NCBI GenBank assembly: GCA_904391645.1
Contig: CAJFMJ010000001.1
Location: 1-44,199, forward strand
Length of the DNA stretch: 44,199 nucleotides
Direction of reading: 5' to 3'
DNA from: an uncultured Neglectibacter sp.
Lineage (GTDB): Bacteria; Bacillota; Clostridia; Oscillospirales; Acutalibacteraceae
How positions within the stretch are numbered: position 1 is the first letter of the stretch; each line of letters opens with the position of its first letter. The translations under genes and the position numbers were made by a program. Below the pieces are notes generated by a model. That model was not told where the DNA came from and made no database searches. It saw only the letters and a program-made list of their open reading frames with translations. Positions 9,298 to 18,487 of this stretch are shown here, piece by piece.

Positions 9298-11337
9298 ATG
9301 GCATCCCTGTTTGAACGGGGCATTGAAACCCTCAAGGGTGTGGGGGAAAAACGGAAAAAGCTCTTTGAAAAACTGGGGGCTCCCACCGTGGGGGATCTGC
9401 TGCGGCTGTACCCCCGGGCCTATGAGGACTGGAGCCTCCACACCCCCATTGCCGAAACGCCCTTAGGGGAGGTGGCCGTGGTCAAGGCCACGGTGCTGCG
9501 CCGCCCCACGGAAACCAGGGTACGGGGCGGGAAGCTGCTCTACAAAACCACGGTGTCCGACGGGGACAGCGACATGGCCCTGACCTTTTTCAACAACAAG
9601 TACATCCCCACCCTGCTGCGGGAAGGGGAAACATACCTGTTCCGGGGCAAGGTCACCGGCACCCTGCTGCGGCGGGAGATGCTCTCCCCGGAGTTCCTGC
9701 CAGAGGCCAAAGAGCTGTCCATCCAGCCGGTGTACCCGGCCACGGCAGGGCTCTCCTCCCGGCAAATTGCGTCGGCGGTGCAAAACGCCCTCTCCCTGCT
9801 ACCCGAGCAGATCCGGGACCCCCTGCCGGACAAGCTGCGGGAAGAGTACCACCTGTGTACCCTGCGGTACGCCTTGGAAACCATCCACTTCCCCAAGACC
9901 CCGGAAGAGCTGACCACCGCCCGGTTCCGGCTGACCTTTGAGGAGTTCCTTGTCTTACAGTTGGGGCTTTTGCGCATTAAAAGCGGCCGGAAGGGGGAAA
10001 ACCTCCATCCCATCCCCAAGGCCTTCCCCGAAGGCTACACCCAGCTGCTGCCCTTCCAGCTCACCGGGGCCCAGCGGCGGGCCATCACCGAATCGGTAGA
10101 GGACATGGCAGGCCCTTCCCCCATGAACCGGCTGGTCCAAGGGGACGTGGGCAGCGGCAAGACCGCCGTGGCTGCCGCCCTTTGCTGGGCGGTGATCCAA
10201 AGCGGGATGCAGGCAGCCCTCATGGCCCCCACGGAAATTTTGGCTGCCCAGCATTATCACTCCCTCAACGCCCTGCTGGAGCCTGCCCACATCACCTGCG
10301 CCCTGCTCACCGGGTCGGTGAAGGCGGCGGAAAAGAAAAAGATCTACAAGGCCCTCAGCGACGGGCGCATCCATCTGGTCATCGGCACCCACGCCCTCAT
10401 CAGCGACAAGGTGGAATTTCAAAACCTGGGCCTGGTCATCACCGACGAGCAGCACCGGTTTGGGGTGGGACAGCGGTCGGCCCTGGCCCAGAAGGGGGCT
10501 TCCCCCCACCTGCTGGTGATGAGCGCCACCCCCATCCCCCGCACCCTGGCCTTGATGGTCTACGGCGACCTGGATATCTCCGTGCTGGACGAGCTGCCCC
10601 CCGGCCGGCAAAAGATCGAAACCTACCTCATTGACCCGGCAAAACGGGCCAGGGCTTTCGGCTATGTCCAACGCCACCTGGACGCCGGCCGGCAGGGGTA
10701 CCTGATCTGCCCCCTGATCGAGGAGGACGAGAGCGGCATGATGAGCGTCACCCAGTATGGGGAGCTGGTGAAAAAGGCCTTCCCCACCGCCACCGTGGGG
10801 CTGCTCCACGGGAAGATGAAACCTGCCGAAAAGGAACAGGTGATGGCGGACTTCTCCCAGGGGAAAACCCAGCTGCTGGTGTCCACCACCGTGGTGGAAG
10901 TGGGGGTGGACGTGCCCAACGCCGTGATCATGGTCATCGAAAACGCCGAGCGGTACGGGCTTTCCCAGCTGCACCAGCTGCGGGGGCGCATCGGCCGGGG
11001 AAAGTACCAGTCCACCTGCATCCTCATCACCGACGCCCAAAACGAGGACACCCTCAAGCGGCTAAAGCTGTTCCGGGACACGGCGGACGGGTTTAAAATC
11101 GCCGAGGCAGACTTGAAACTGCGGGGTCCCGGTGACTTTTTCGGCCAGCGGCAGCACGGCCTGCCCCAGCTGAAGATCGCCGATATGACCACCGACATGG
11201 AAGTGCTGCGGCAAGCCCAGACCTGCGCCAAAAAACTGTTGGCGGAAAATGCCCTGGAACTGCCGGAGTACAAGGGCCTGCGGGGGGAGATCCGCCGGCT
11301 GTTCGCCAAAACTGGCGGCGAGGGTGTGGTGCTGTAG
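9298..11337 (+). CDS. recG: ATP-dependent DNA helicase RecG
   Basis: Wedge domain, QGDVGSGKT, DEQH, SATPIPRT, QLHQLRGRIGRG, LRGPGD. AAGGAGG RBS. Confidence 0.98.
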   Translation: MASLFERGIETLKGVGEKRKKLFEKLGAPTVGDLLRLYPRAYEDWSLHTPIAETPLGEVAVVKATVLRRPTETRVRGGKLLYKTTVSDGDSDMALTFFNNKYIPTLLREGETYLFRGKVTGTLLRREMLSPEFLPEAKELSIQPVYPATAGLSSRQIASAVQNALSLLPEQIRDPLPDKLREEYHLCTLRYALETIHFPKTPEELTTARFRLTFEEFLVLQLGLLRIKSGRKGENLHPIPKAFPEGYTQLLPFQLTGAQRRAITESVEDMAGPSPMNRLVQGDVGSGKTAVAAALCWAVIQSGMQAALMAPTEILAAQHYHSLNALLEPAHITCALLTGSVKAAEKKKIYKALSDGRIHLVIGTHALISDKVEFQNLGLVITDEQHRFGVGQRSALAQKGASPHLLVMSATPIPRTLALMVYGDLDISVLDELPPGRQKIETYLIDPAKRARAFGYVQRHLDAGRQGYLICPLIEEDESGMMSVTQYGELVKKAFPTATVGLLHGKMKPAEKEQVMADFSQGKTQLLVSTTVVEVGVDVPNAVIMVIENAERYGLSQLHQLRGRIGRGKYQSTCILITDAQNEDTLKRLKLFRDTADGFKIAEADLKLRGPGDFFGQRQHGLPQLKIADMTTDMEVLRQAQTCAKKLLAENALELPEYKGLRGEIRRLFAKTGGEGVVL

Positions 11338-11605
11338 CCATCCTGGGATACTTGCCATTCGACAGGATGACGAAAACCCCAAAATGCACATTTTTTCTAA
11401 AAGCCACACTGGATCATCTTCCATTCCTCTTGGGTTCATGCTATACTGATTGTAGAAATCTGCTATAGAAGAGAGGGAGATCTATGTGGTGGGCACAACA
11501 CAACAACTACCCCTTCCCCGGCCTGCTGGGGCCGTGGTTTTCCGCCAGACGGAAGTGGCTGGTACCTGTGGCCGTGGTGGTCCCTCTGGGGCAAAAAACA
11601 CAAAA

Positions 11606-11644
11606 GAAAAAGGGCTGTTGCCACATGGCAGCAGCCCTTCTTTC
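11606..11644. terminator. bidirectional terminator
   Basis: AAAAAGGGCTGTTGCC-ACAT-GGCAGCAGCCCTTCTTT. Confidence 0.7.
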
Positions 11645-11649
11645 TCTTG

Positions 11650-13161
11650 TTACAGGTCCCGGTACTTGCGCACACGGCGCAGCTGTTTTTGCTTCCTACG
11701 GTACAACAGGATCAAGATGATATAGACGATGATCAGCAACAGGATGATGCCCATGATGATCAAGAACCAGGGGGAGGTGAGCACGGAGGTGCCCTGGCTG
11801 ATGAATTGGAGCATCTCGCTGCGGGCCACGCTCTCCGCAGCCACCAGGGTCACCGTGGCAATGGCCTCCCCGGCGTAGCTCATGGTGGCGGTGCCCACTT
11901 CCTGGCCGCGCTCCACCGGCGCCTGGACGCTCTCCGGCACATCCACCGTGACGATGATACTGGAGAGGTCCACGCTCTTGGGCAGCATCACCGACACGTT
12001 GTCCTTGGCCACCAGCTGGAGGGTGTCCTTCTGCCAGGCGTAGTCCAGGGTCACTTCGGTGAGGATGTCCCCCTGGGCGGCAATGGTCTTGCTCTCCAGC
12101 TGGGTCAACGCCCAGCGGAACAGGGAGGCGGCATCCAGCATTTCCCCGTGGAGATCCGAATCCACCGAGGGGCACCCCAAACAGCACACCACGTAGGTGT
12201 ACCCATAGGCGGAGGCCGATGCCACAATGCAGTAGCCCGCCTGGTCGTGGGAGCCGGTCTTGATGCCGGTGGCGTAGGTGTAGTAGTAGTTATAGCCGTC
12301 GTTGCCCAGGGAGTTGGTCAGCATCCGGTTGGTGGTGGAGCAGGCCCGGATGTTATCCGGTTCATCCACTGGGTGGTACTCATAATAGGTGGTGCCGGTG
12401 ATCTCGGTAAAGTGGGGCAGGCTCATGGCGTATTTGGCAATAGTCACCATGTCCCGGGCGGTGGAGTAATGGTTTTCATTGTGCAGGCCGTGCGGGTTGG
12501 TGAAGTGGGTGTTGACGCATCCCAGCTCTTGGGCCTTCTGGTTCATCAGGTCCACAAAATAGCTGCGGCCGGTGTAATCGCTGCCGTCGAAGCCCTCTTC
12601 CCCATAGGCCGGGGCCAACTCCCCGGAGGAGCTATCGGTGCCGCTGGTGGTGGCTTCGGGGTCGTCCCCCGCGTTGGCCACGTTCCCCCCGGTGATCTGC
12701 CCCTGGGCATACAGCTGGTCCACATACTTGGCCAGGGTCAAGGCGGCGTTGTTGCCCGAAGGCACCATCATCAGGTAGAGCATATCCAGGCCGGTGTAGG
12801 TTTCCCCCACATCGAAGGTGGCCACCGAGCTGCCTGTGCCGGAAAGCTCGTCCACCACGCTTTGGGGGATGGTGATCTGGGCGTTTTCAATGTCGGGGAT
12901 GTTCTCATAGGCCACAATATAGGTCATGATCTTGGTCAGGGACGCCATGGGCAGCTGTTCGTCGGCGTTGTCGCTGTACACCACGGTGTCCGTGTCCAGG
13001 TTGAGCATGAGATAGGCCTTGCAATGGGGGCCGCCGGGGTTGTTCTCGGTGTCCTGGTCCCAGGTATAGTCAAAGCCTTCCGCCGAAACAGGGGCCGCCA
13101 GGGCCGTGAGCAGGCACAGGGCCGCCATCCATCCGGCCAGCCATCGGTATACGTTCTTCAT
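11650..13161 (-). CDS. D-alanyl-D-alanine carboxypeptidase (peptidase S11, PBP5-like)
   Basis: Signal peptide, SxxK (ASLTK), SxN (SGN), HGL, KTG, PBP5 C-terminal domain and C-terminal TM anchor with basic tail. Confidence 0.93.
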   Translation of the reverse strand: MKNVYRWLAGWMAALCLLTALAAPVSAEGFDYTWDQDTENNPGGPHCKAYLMLNLDTDTVVYSDNADEQLPMASLTKIMTYIVAYENIPDIENAQITIPQSVVDELSGTGSSVATFDVGETYTGLDMLYLMMVPSGNNAALTLAKYVDQLYAQGQITGGNVANAGDDPEATTSGTDSSSGELAPAYGEEGFDGSDYTGRSYFVDLMNQKAQELGCVNTHFTNPHGLHNENHYSTARDMVTIAKYAMSLPHFTEITGTTYYEYHPVDEPDNIRACSTTNRMLTNSLGNDGYNYYYTYATGIKTGSHDQAGYCIVASASAYGYTYVVCCLGCPSVDSDLHGEMLDAASLFRWALTQLESKTIAAQGDILTEVTLDYAWQKDTLQLVAKDNVSVMLPKSVDLSSIIVTVDVPESVQAPVERGQEVGTATMSYAGEAIATVTLVAAESVARSEMLQFISQGTSVLTSPWFLIIMGIILLLIIVYIILILLYRRKQKQLRRVRKYRDL

Positions 13162-13386
13162 AAGCGGGTTTTCCCTCCATTTTCCAGAGGCCCAAGGCCC
13201 CTTAAACTCTGAAAACAGGCAAGCTGCCCTTTGCTTTCTGAAAAATTCCCACCTACCCATTTTGCCCGATCTGTGCTAAAATGGGGATGTTGGTTTACCA
13301 TAAAGTGATTGTCTTTTCATTGTATCGTATTTCCCCCAAAAAGGAAAGCCCATCCATTGGAAAAAATTTTGAAAAGGAGGCCTCCC

Positions 13387-14514
13387 ATGAAGCTGTTCCA
13401 CACCTCCGACTGGCATCTGGGCCGGATGCTCTACGGCCGCAGCCTTTTGGAAGACCAGCGGTGGTTTTTGCAGCAGGTGTTCCTCCCGGCGGTGGAGCGG
13501 GAGCGCCCTGCCTGCGTGCTCATTGCCGGGGACGTGTACGACCGGCAGATCGCCCCGGTGGAGGCCATCCAGCTGTTTGACGAAACCCTGGCAAAACTGC
13601 TGGAGCTGGGCACCACCGTGTGCGTGATCTCCGGCAACCACGACGGCGCCGGCCGCATGGCCCTGTTGAAATCCGCCCTGCGCCGCAGCGGCGCCATCTT
13701 TGCCACCACCCTGGAGGACGCCTTTTCCCCGGTGGAGCTGGAGGAAAACGGGGAACGGCTGCAGCTGTTCCTCCTGCCTTACTTTGACACCGCCCAAGCC
13801 CGGGATTTCCTGGGGGACGACAGCCTCCGGGGGGAGGGCCCCTGCGCCCAAGCCCTGCTGGAGCGTCTGCTGCCCCTGTTCCAGCCCGGGGCGGGACACG
13901 TGCTGGTATCCCACTGCTTTGCGGCGGGAAGCCAGGTGTCCGACTCGGAAACCACCCTGTTTGTGGGGGGCAGCGGCCAAGTGCCCACCTCCGCCTTCGA
14001 CCCCTTTGACTACGCCGCCCTGGGCCACCTTCACGGCCCCCAGAAGGCCGGCGCCAAGGGGCGGTATTCCGGGTCGCCGCTGAAGTATTCCATCGACGAG
14101 GAGCACCAGCAAAAAGGGTATGTGTCACTCAACTGGGACGGCAAGGAGATGGGCCAAGAGTTTGTCCCCTGCCCGCCTTTGCGGGACGTGCGCCGGGTCC
14201 AGGGGCTGTTTGCAGACCTGCTGGCCGCCGGGGAGCAGCACCCCTGTGAGGACTATGTGGAGCTGGTGCTCACCGACAACGCCCCGGTACTGCTGGCGGC
14301 AGAGCGGCTGCGGCCCTTCTACCCCAACCTGCTGGCAGTGAGCAACCCCTGGGTGGCTGCGGGCACCACTGGGGAACGTGCCTCCCAGCTGAAGGGGAAA
14401 GACGAGGCCACGGTATTTTCCACCTTCCTGAAAGAGGTGTGCCAAACAGAGCCCACTCCCCAAGACCTGGAGCTGTTCCGGGAGATTTTGGGGGACATCC
14501 AAGGGGAGGGCTAA
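13387..14514 (+). CDS. sbcD: exonuclease SbcCD subunit D
   Basis: HTSDWHLG, AGDVYD, SGNHD, LGHLH, YSGSPLKYS. Confidence 0.95.
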   Translation: MKLFHTSDWHLGRMLYGRSLLEDQRWFLQQVFLPAVERERPACVLIAGDVYDRQIAPVEAIQLFDETLAKLLELGTTVCVISGNHDGAGRMALLKSALRRSGAIFATTLEDAFSPVELEENGERLQLFLLPYFDTAQARDFLGDDSLRGEGPCAQALLERLLPLFQPGAGHVLVSHCFAAGSQVSDSETTLFVGGSGQVPTSAFDPFDYAALGHLHGPQKAGAKGRYSGSPLKYSIDEEHQQKGYVSLNWDGKEMGQEFVPCPPLRDVRRVQGLFADLLAAGEQHPCEDYVELVLTDNAPVLLAAERLRPFYPNLLAVSNPWVAAGTTGERASQLKGKDEATVFSTFLKEVCQTEPTPQDLELFREILGDIQGEG

Positions 14515-14537
14515 ACCATGGGAAAGGAGGGCTGCCT

Positions 14538-17285
14538 ATGCGGCCTTTGCGACTGGAATTGCAGGCCTTCGGGCCTTATCTGGAAAAAACGGAGCTGGAC
14601 CTGACCCAGTTCCAGGAGAGCGGGCTGTTTTTGATCTCCGGGCCCACCGGCGGGGGGAAGACCTCCCTGCTGGACGCCATGTGCTTTGCCCTGTATTGCC
14701 GGGCCACCGGGGGCAAGCGGAGCTTTTCCGGGATGCGCTGCATGAGCGCCCCCCAGGAGCTGCCCACCCTGGTGGAGTTTGACTTTGCCCTGCAAGGGGA
14801 GCGTTACCGGTTTCGCCGCAGCCAGTTCACCCACGTGAAACGGAACACCAAGCTCCCCGAGCTGCGGGAAAGCCACGAGTGCTTCCAACAGATAGACGGG
14901 GAATGGAAGCTTTTGGAAAGCGGCAGTGAAAGCGCGGTACGCCGCCGGGCTGAGGAGCTGCTGCACCTGACCTGCGAGCAGTTCTCCCAGGTGATCGTGC
15001 TGCCCCAGGGGGATTTCCTGCGGCTGCTGCGGGCCAACTCCAAGGACAAGGGGGAAATGCTGAAGACCCTGTTCTCCGCCGGGGTGTGGCGGGAGGTGGC
15101 AGACCGTTTCCACCAGCGGGAACGGGCCCTGGAGGACCAGGGGAAGCAGTCCACCGCCCTGCGGGCCTCCCTGCTGCAAAAGGAGGGCTGCGACACCACC
15201 CAGGCCTTGGAGGAAAAAGCCGCCGCCCTGGCCCAGGGGGAGGAACGCCTCCGGGCCCAAAGCGCTGCCGGCGCCAAAGAGCTGGAACAGGCGGAAGGGC
15301 TGCTTCAGGCAGCGGAAACCTACACCCGGCTGGAAAAAGCCTACCAGGAGGCCCTGGCAGCCTTTCAAAAGAACCAGGCAGCCTGCAACCAGCTAGAGGG
15401 GACCGCCCCCCAGTGGGAGCAGAAGCGCCACCAGGCCCAGGCCCTGCGGGAGCAGGCAGTGGCCCTGGCCCAGGAGGGCGCCCAGCTTTCCCAGCGGAGA
15501 GAAGAGCTGCTTCGGGCTGAAACCGCCGGGCAGCAGGCAGCCGCCACCTGGAACCAGGTGGAACGCCAGAAAAAGTCCCTGGAGGAGCTCTCCCAGCAGG
15601 CCAACCAGCTGGCCCAGCGGTTGGAAAAGGGCAACGCCTTCCTGAAGGGCTGGGAGGAGGCCGCCGCCAAGCTTCCCGGGCTGCTGGAACGACGCCAAGC
15701 CTTGGAAAAACTGTCCTCCGCCTGGGAGGAGCTCTCCCGCCGGGAAGCCCGCTGCCAAGAGGCGCAGGCTGCTCTGGAAGCCGCCCGGCAGGCCGCCGGG
15801 CAAAAGCAGGTGCTGCTGGAAACCCTCACCCAGCGGCTGGAACACCAAGAGGCCCTGCTGCGGCAAAACGCAGCCCTGGAGCTTTCCCACACCCTGCGGG
15901 AAGGGGCGCCTTGCCCAGTGTGTGGGTCGGTGCACCACCCCAGCCCCGCCCAGGGGGAAGAAAGCCTGTTGGACCCCAAACAAGTGGAGGCCCTGCGGCA
16001 AGAGGAACGGGCTGCCCGCCAGGCCCACGTAAATGCCGCTGCCCTGGCAGGTTCCCGGGAAACGGAAGCCACCCAGGCTCAGGAGGCTGCCGCCCAACAG
16101 CGGGCGCTCTGCCGGGAAACCGCCGCGCCCCTGGGCGGGATCGACCTGGATACCTGCGCCAGGCAGCTTCAGGAAGCCAGCGCCCAAGCGGAGGCAGCCA
16201 AGCGGGACGCCGCCCGGCTGGAGGCCGCCAAGGGCAAGATCCAGGCCTTGGAAAAGGAGCGGGAAACCTGCCAGCAGCAGGCCGCCACCCTGCGGGAGCG
16301 GCTCTCCGCCCTGACCGCCCAGGCCCAAGAGCTGGAGCGCCGCGCCCAAGAAGCCCGGGCCGCCTGCGCCGGGCTGGACGGGAAAGCGTTGGAGGAGGCC
16401 ATCCAGCAAAAGCGCAAGGAATACCAGGCCAAGGAACAGGCGGCGGCCCAGCTGCTGAAAGAGGCCCAAGAGGGGGAAACCCAGCTGGAGCGGGCCAAAA
16501 CCGCCTTGGGGCTGTCCCAGGAAGCCTTAGAGAAGGCCCAGTCCCAGTGGAAGGAATGCCCCACCCCCTGGGAAGAGCCTCCCCCACTGGAACCGCTGCG
16601 CCAGCGCTGCCAAACCCTGCGCCGGGAAAACCTGGCCCGCCGGGAGGAACTGGGCAAAACCGCCAGCCTGCTGCAAGCGGTGAAGGCCACCCTGGAACAG
16701 GTGGGCAGCCTGGACAGGGAACTGGCCGGGCTGGAGGAAAAGCTCTCCCAGGTGGCCAGGCTCTCCAAATCCCTTTCGGGGGCCAATCCCCTGAAAATGC
16801 CCATTTTGCAGTATGTGCTCAGCATCATGCTGGACGAAGTGCTTCTCAGCGCCAACCGGTTTTTCTCCACCCTCAGCCGGGGCCGCTACGCCCTGCGCCT
16901 GATGGAGGGCCCCAAGGGGGGCAACGCCTTGGGAGGGCTGGACTTGGAAGTGCTGGACGGCGCCTCCATGCTGCCCCGGTCCATTGAAACACTGTCCGGC
17001 GGGGAGCAATTTTTGGCCTCCCTGTCCCTGGCCTTTGGGCTTTCCGACGTGGTGCAGAACCACTCCGGCGCGGTGCGGCTAGACTCCCTGTTCATCGACG
17101 AGGGCTTCGGCAGCCTGGACGGGGAAACCTTGGACACCGCCATGAAAGCCCTCTCCATGCTGCAAACCAGCGGCCGGCTGGTGGGGATCATCTCCCATGT
17201 GTCGGAGCTGAAAAACCGCATCCCCTGTCAAATCCAAGTCACCCGGGACGCCGCCGGCTTTTCCCACGCCGCCATCCGGCTGTGA
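14538..17285 (+). CDS. sbcC: SMC-like exonuclease SbcCD subunit C
   Basis: Walker A GPTGGGKT, Q-loop LPQGDF, zinc hook CPVCG, signature LSGGE, Walker B FIDEGFGSLD, long coiled coils. Confidence 0.95.
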   Translation: MRPLRLELQAFGPYLEKTELDLTQFQESGLFLISGPTGGGKTSLLDAMCFALYCRATGGKRSFSGMRCMSAPQELPTLVEFDFALQGERYRFRRSQFTHVKRNTKLPELRESHECFQQIDGEWKLLESGSESAVRRRAEELLHLTCEQFSQVIVLPQGDFLRLLRANSKDKGEMLKTLFSAGVWREVADRFHQRERALEDQGKQSTALRASLLQKEGCDTTQALEEKAAALAQGEERLRAQSAAGAKELEQAEGLLQAAETYTRLEKAYQEALAAFQKNQAACNQLEGTAPQWEQKRHQAQALREQAVALAQEGAQLSQRREELLRAETAGQQAAATWNQVERQKKSLEELSQQANQLAQRLEKGNAFLKGWEEAAAKLPGLLERRQALEKLSSAWEELSRREARCQEAQAALEAARQAAGQKQVLLETLTQRLEHQEALLRQNAALELSHTLREGAPCPVCGSVHHPSPAQGEESLLDPKQVEALRQEERAARQAHVNAAALAGSRETEATQAQEAAAQQRALCRETAAPLGGIDLDTCARQLQEASAQAEAAKRDAARLEAAKGKIQALEKERETCQQQAATLRERLSALTAQAQELERRAQEARAACAGLDGKALEEAIQQKRKEYQAKEQAAAQLLKEAQEGETQLERAKTALGLSQEALEKAQSQWKECPTPWEEPPPLEPLRQRCQTLRRENLARREELGKTASLLQAVKATLEQVGSLDRELAGLEEKLSQVARLSKSLSGANPLKMPILQYVLSIMLDEVLLSANRFFSTLSRGRYALRLMEGPKGGNALGGLDLEVLDGASMLPRSIETLSGGEQFLASLSLAFGLSDVVQNHSGAVRLDSLFIDEGFGSLDGETLDTAMKALSMLQTSGRLVGIISHVSELKNRIPCQIQVTRDAAGFSHAAIRL

Positions 17286-17311
17286 CCAACCGAGAGAAAG
17301 GAAGGAGTTCC

Positions 17312-18031
17312 ATGAAAGTCACCTTTATCTATCACAGCTCCTACTTTGTGGAGCTGGATCACTGCTGCCTGCTGTTCGACTACTACCAGGGGAACATCCC
17401 CCAGGTGGACAAACCCCTGTATGTCTTCGCCAGCCACAGCCACGGGGACCACTTCTCCCCCGCCATCTTCCAGCTGGCCCAGGAGGGAAAAGAAGTCCAC
17501 TACCTGCTCTCCGATGACATCTCCCCCCGGCAGGTGCCGGAGGAGCTGAAAGATCAGGTCACCTTTGTGGCCCCCCGGTCCTTCTATGAGGTGGGAGAGC
17601 TGAAAGTCGCCACACTGCGCTCCACTGACCTGGGGGTGGCCTTCCTGGTCCAGTGCCAGGGCAAGCGCATTTACCACGCCGGAGATCTGAACTGCTGGGT
17701 GTGGGACGGCGCCCCCCGGTTCCAAAATGACCAGATGGAGGCCCAGTACCAAAAGGAGCTGGAGCTGCTGGCAGACAAGGACATCGACGTGGCCTTTGTG
17801 CCCCTGGACCCCCGCCAGGAGACGGACTTTGACCTGGGCATGAAGTACTTTTTCCAGGCCGGCGGGGCGGAGTACGTGTTCCCCATGCATATGTGGGGGG
17901 ATTACACCGTGGTGCCCCTGTTCAAATCCACCCCCACCTACCGGGAATACGCCCCCCATGTGATGGACGTGTCCCGGCCGGGACAGACCTTTGACCTGCC
18001 CGAAACCCCTGACCAACCGAAAGGAGAATGA
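17312..18031 (+). CDS. MBL-fold metallo-hydrolase
   Basis: HSHGDH (HxHxDH), HAGD, PMH. AAGGAG RBS. Confidence 0.88.
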   Translation: MKVTFIYHSSYFVELDHCCLLFDYYQGNIPQVDKPLYVFASHSHGDHFSPAIFQLAQEGKEVHYLLSDDISPRQVPEELKDQVTFVAPRSFYEVGELKVATLRSTDLGVAFLVQCQGKRIYHAGDLNCWVWDGAPRFQNDQMEAQYQKELELLADKDIDVAFVPLDPRQETDFDLGMKYFFQAGGAEYVFPMHMWGDYTVVPLFKSTPTYREYAPHVMDVSRPGQTFDLPETPDQPKGE

Positions 18032-18033
18032 CC

Positions 18034-18402
18034 ATGCAATTCCAATTTGACCACAACAACCTGAACGTGCTGGACCTGGAGCGGTCTGTAGAGTTTTACA
18101 AAAAGGCCCTGGGGCTGCAAGAGCTCAGGCGCACCGAAGCCGACGACCACAGCTTTACCCTGGTGTTTTTAGGGGACGGTTCCACCCGCCACAGGCTGGA
18201 GCTCACCTGGCTGCGGGACCGGAAAGAGCCCTACAACCTGGGGGACAATGAAATCCACCTGTGCTTCACCGTGGACGACTATGAGGCTGCCCACCAGCTT
18301 CACCAGGAGATGGGCTGCATCTGCTTTGAAAACGAGGCCATGGGCCTGTACTTTATCAACGACCCGGACGGCTACTGGACGGAGATCGTCCCCGCCAAGT
18401 AA
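18034..18402 (+). CDS. gloA: lactoylglutathione lyase / glyoxalase I (VOC family)
   Basis: HNNLNVLDLERSVEFY, LELTW, HLCF, YFINDPDGYWTE. Confidence 0.8.
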   Translation: MQFQFDHNNLNVLDLERSVEFYKKALGLQELRRTEADDHSFTLVFLGDGSTRHRLELTWLRDRKEPYNLGDNEIHLCFTVDDYEAAHQLHQEMGCICFENEAMGLYFINDPDGYWTEIVPAK

Positions 18403-18427
18403 GCGCCTTTCCACATACCGTGCATAC

Positions 18428-18475
18428 AAAAACAGGAGTGCCGCAAATTTCCTGGTTGCGACACTCCTGTTTTTA
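18428..18475. terminator. bidirectional terminator
   Basis: AAAAACAGGAGTGCCGCAA...TTGCGACACTCCTGTTTTT between convergent genes. Confidence 0.75.
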
Positions 18476-18487
18476 TTTTTCGATCCT

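Noticed and set aside
15100-16760. Repetitive Gln/Ala/Glu-rich sequence with many overlapping ORFs
   Set aside because: Normal SbcC coiled coil.
14538-17285. SMC-like ATPase + nuclease as an anti-phage or anti-plasmid system
   Set aside because: Canonical SbcCD motifs including the zinc hook, housekeeping context and host-like codon usage.
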